A stretch of 64,000 nt of DNA. Source: Trypanosoma brucei. Its lineage: Eukaryota. The translations under genes were made by a program, and so were the position numbers. The stretch spans positions 1,888,001-1,952,000 of the forward strand of contig CH464491.1 in the NCBI GenBank assembly GCA_000002445.1. The letters are read 5' to 3'. The notes under the pieces are model-generated. The model searched no databases. It saw nothing but the letters and a program-made list of their open reading frames with translations, and was not told the DNA's origin. Positions 63,449 through 64,000 of the stretch are shown in pieces. How positions within the stretch are numbered: position 1 is the stretch's first letter; each line of letters begins with the position of its first letter.

Positions 63449-64000
63449 TATACCCAGACAGTGCGTATTCCTTTTTTTTTTTGATTGCTGCGTCCTTCTT
63501 TGCGTCCTAAAGTTATCAATATATATATATATATATAGCACGTTTCCTCTCTTCTTTGAGTTGTAAACGCGCGTAATGGTCTTGGCGCCGCCGCTGTACT
63601 GCAAAATGCGGGCGTGTAAGTGTCCTTAGAGATACAAATAATCAAATAAATAATTATATAATTATATATATATGTACCCCCGCGAGGAGTCGGGATATAA
63701 CTTTCTTCCCTCCCTTATTTTTTTTTTCGTACCCACACACACCCTTTTCGTTTTTTCTTCGATTCCCTTACCAGATAAAAGAATGTATATAAGTTTTTTG
63801 TGTAATTACAATTAAGTATTTAGAACTGAAGGTATTCCCTTTTCTTTCCCTTAACTATGTGATGATACGTTTTCCCCCTTTTTACGCTGACGCACTTCCC
63901 TTTACTCACCTATATGTTGTTTTGTTTGTTTGTTTGTTTGTTCGTCTATTATTATTATTTCTTTTTTTTTTTTTCGTATTCTCGATGTCGGTTCTAGTCG

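Noticed and set aside
1-64000. Search for CRISPR arrays, prokaryotic defence islands, and trypanosome retroelements (ingi/RIME/SLACS) or VSG/ESAG/RHS genes.
   Set aside because: No direct-repeat/spacer periodicity, no reverse-transcriptase or endonuclease ORF, no 70-bp or 50-bp repeats. Gene content is housekeeping core-chromosome type in a eukaryotic polycistron. Repeats present are simple microsatellites only.

Overview
This window reads as a kinetoplastid nuclear chromosome segment, most consistent with the Trypanosoma brucei group. Three things point that way: the intergenic low-complexity tracts and (TA)n/(CA)n microsatellites, trans-splicing-type polypyrimidine tracts upstream of every gene, and the specific gene content (a 14-3-3 gene beside two tandem PIF1-family helicases, as at the TbPIF1/TbPIF2 locus). 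All ~21 protein-coding genes lie on the minus strand, so the whole 64 kb is one unidirectional polycistronic transcription unit with no strand-switch region. Recognisable products, in transcription order (high to low coordinate), are: two paralogous CaMKK/LKB1-like Ser/Thr kinases, an FAD/NAD cytochrome-b5-reductase-like oxidoreductase, a coiled-coil+WD40 protein, a 1666-aa hypothetical, a multi-TM protein with a START-like C-terminal domain, two tandem mitochondrial-type PIF1 helicases, a 14-3-3 protein, a 1000-aa protein with a DEDDy-exonuclease-like C-terminus, a TTLL tubulin polyglutamylase-like enzyme, BOP1/Erb1, and an RCC1-repeat protein. A further minus-strand CDS (1..639) runs off the window start. 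I found no tRNA, rRNA, CRISPR or transposable element. The most notable unexplained signals are a sharply bounded 160-nt ~97% identical tract shared by the two otherwise diverged PIF1 paralogs (gene-conversion signature), unusually long ORF-free low-complexity spacers (2.5-4.1 kb) around the 14-3-3 gene and between the kinase paralogs, and an exonuclease-like module in an otherwise uncharacterised 1000-aa protein. Nothing here resembles a prokaryotic defence or mobile system. All calls are by-eye motif recognition with no database search.
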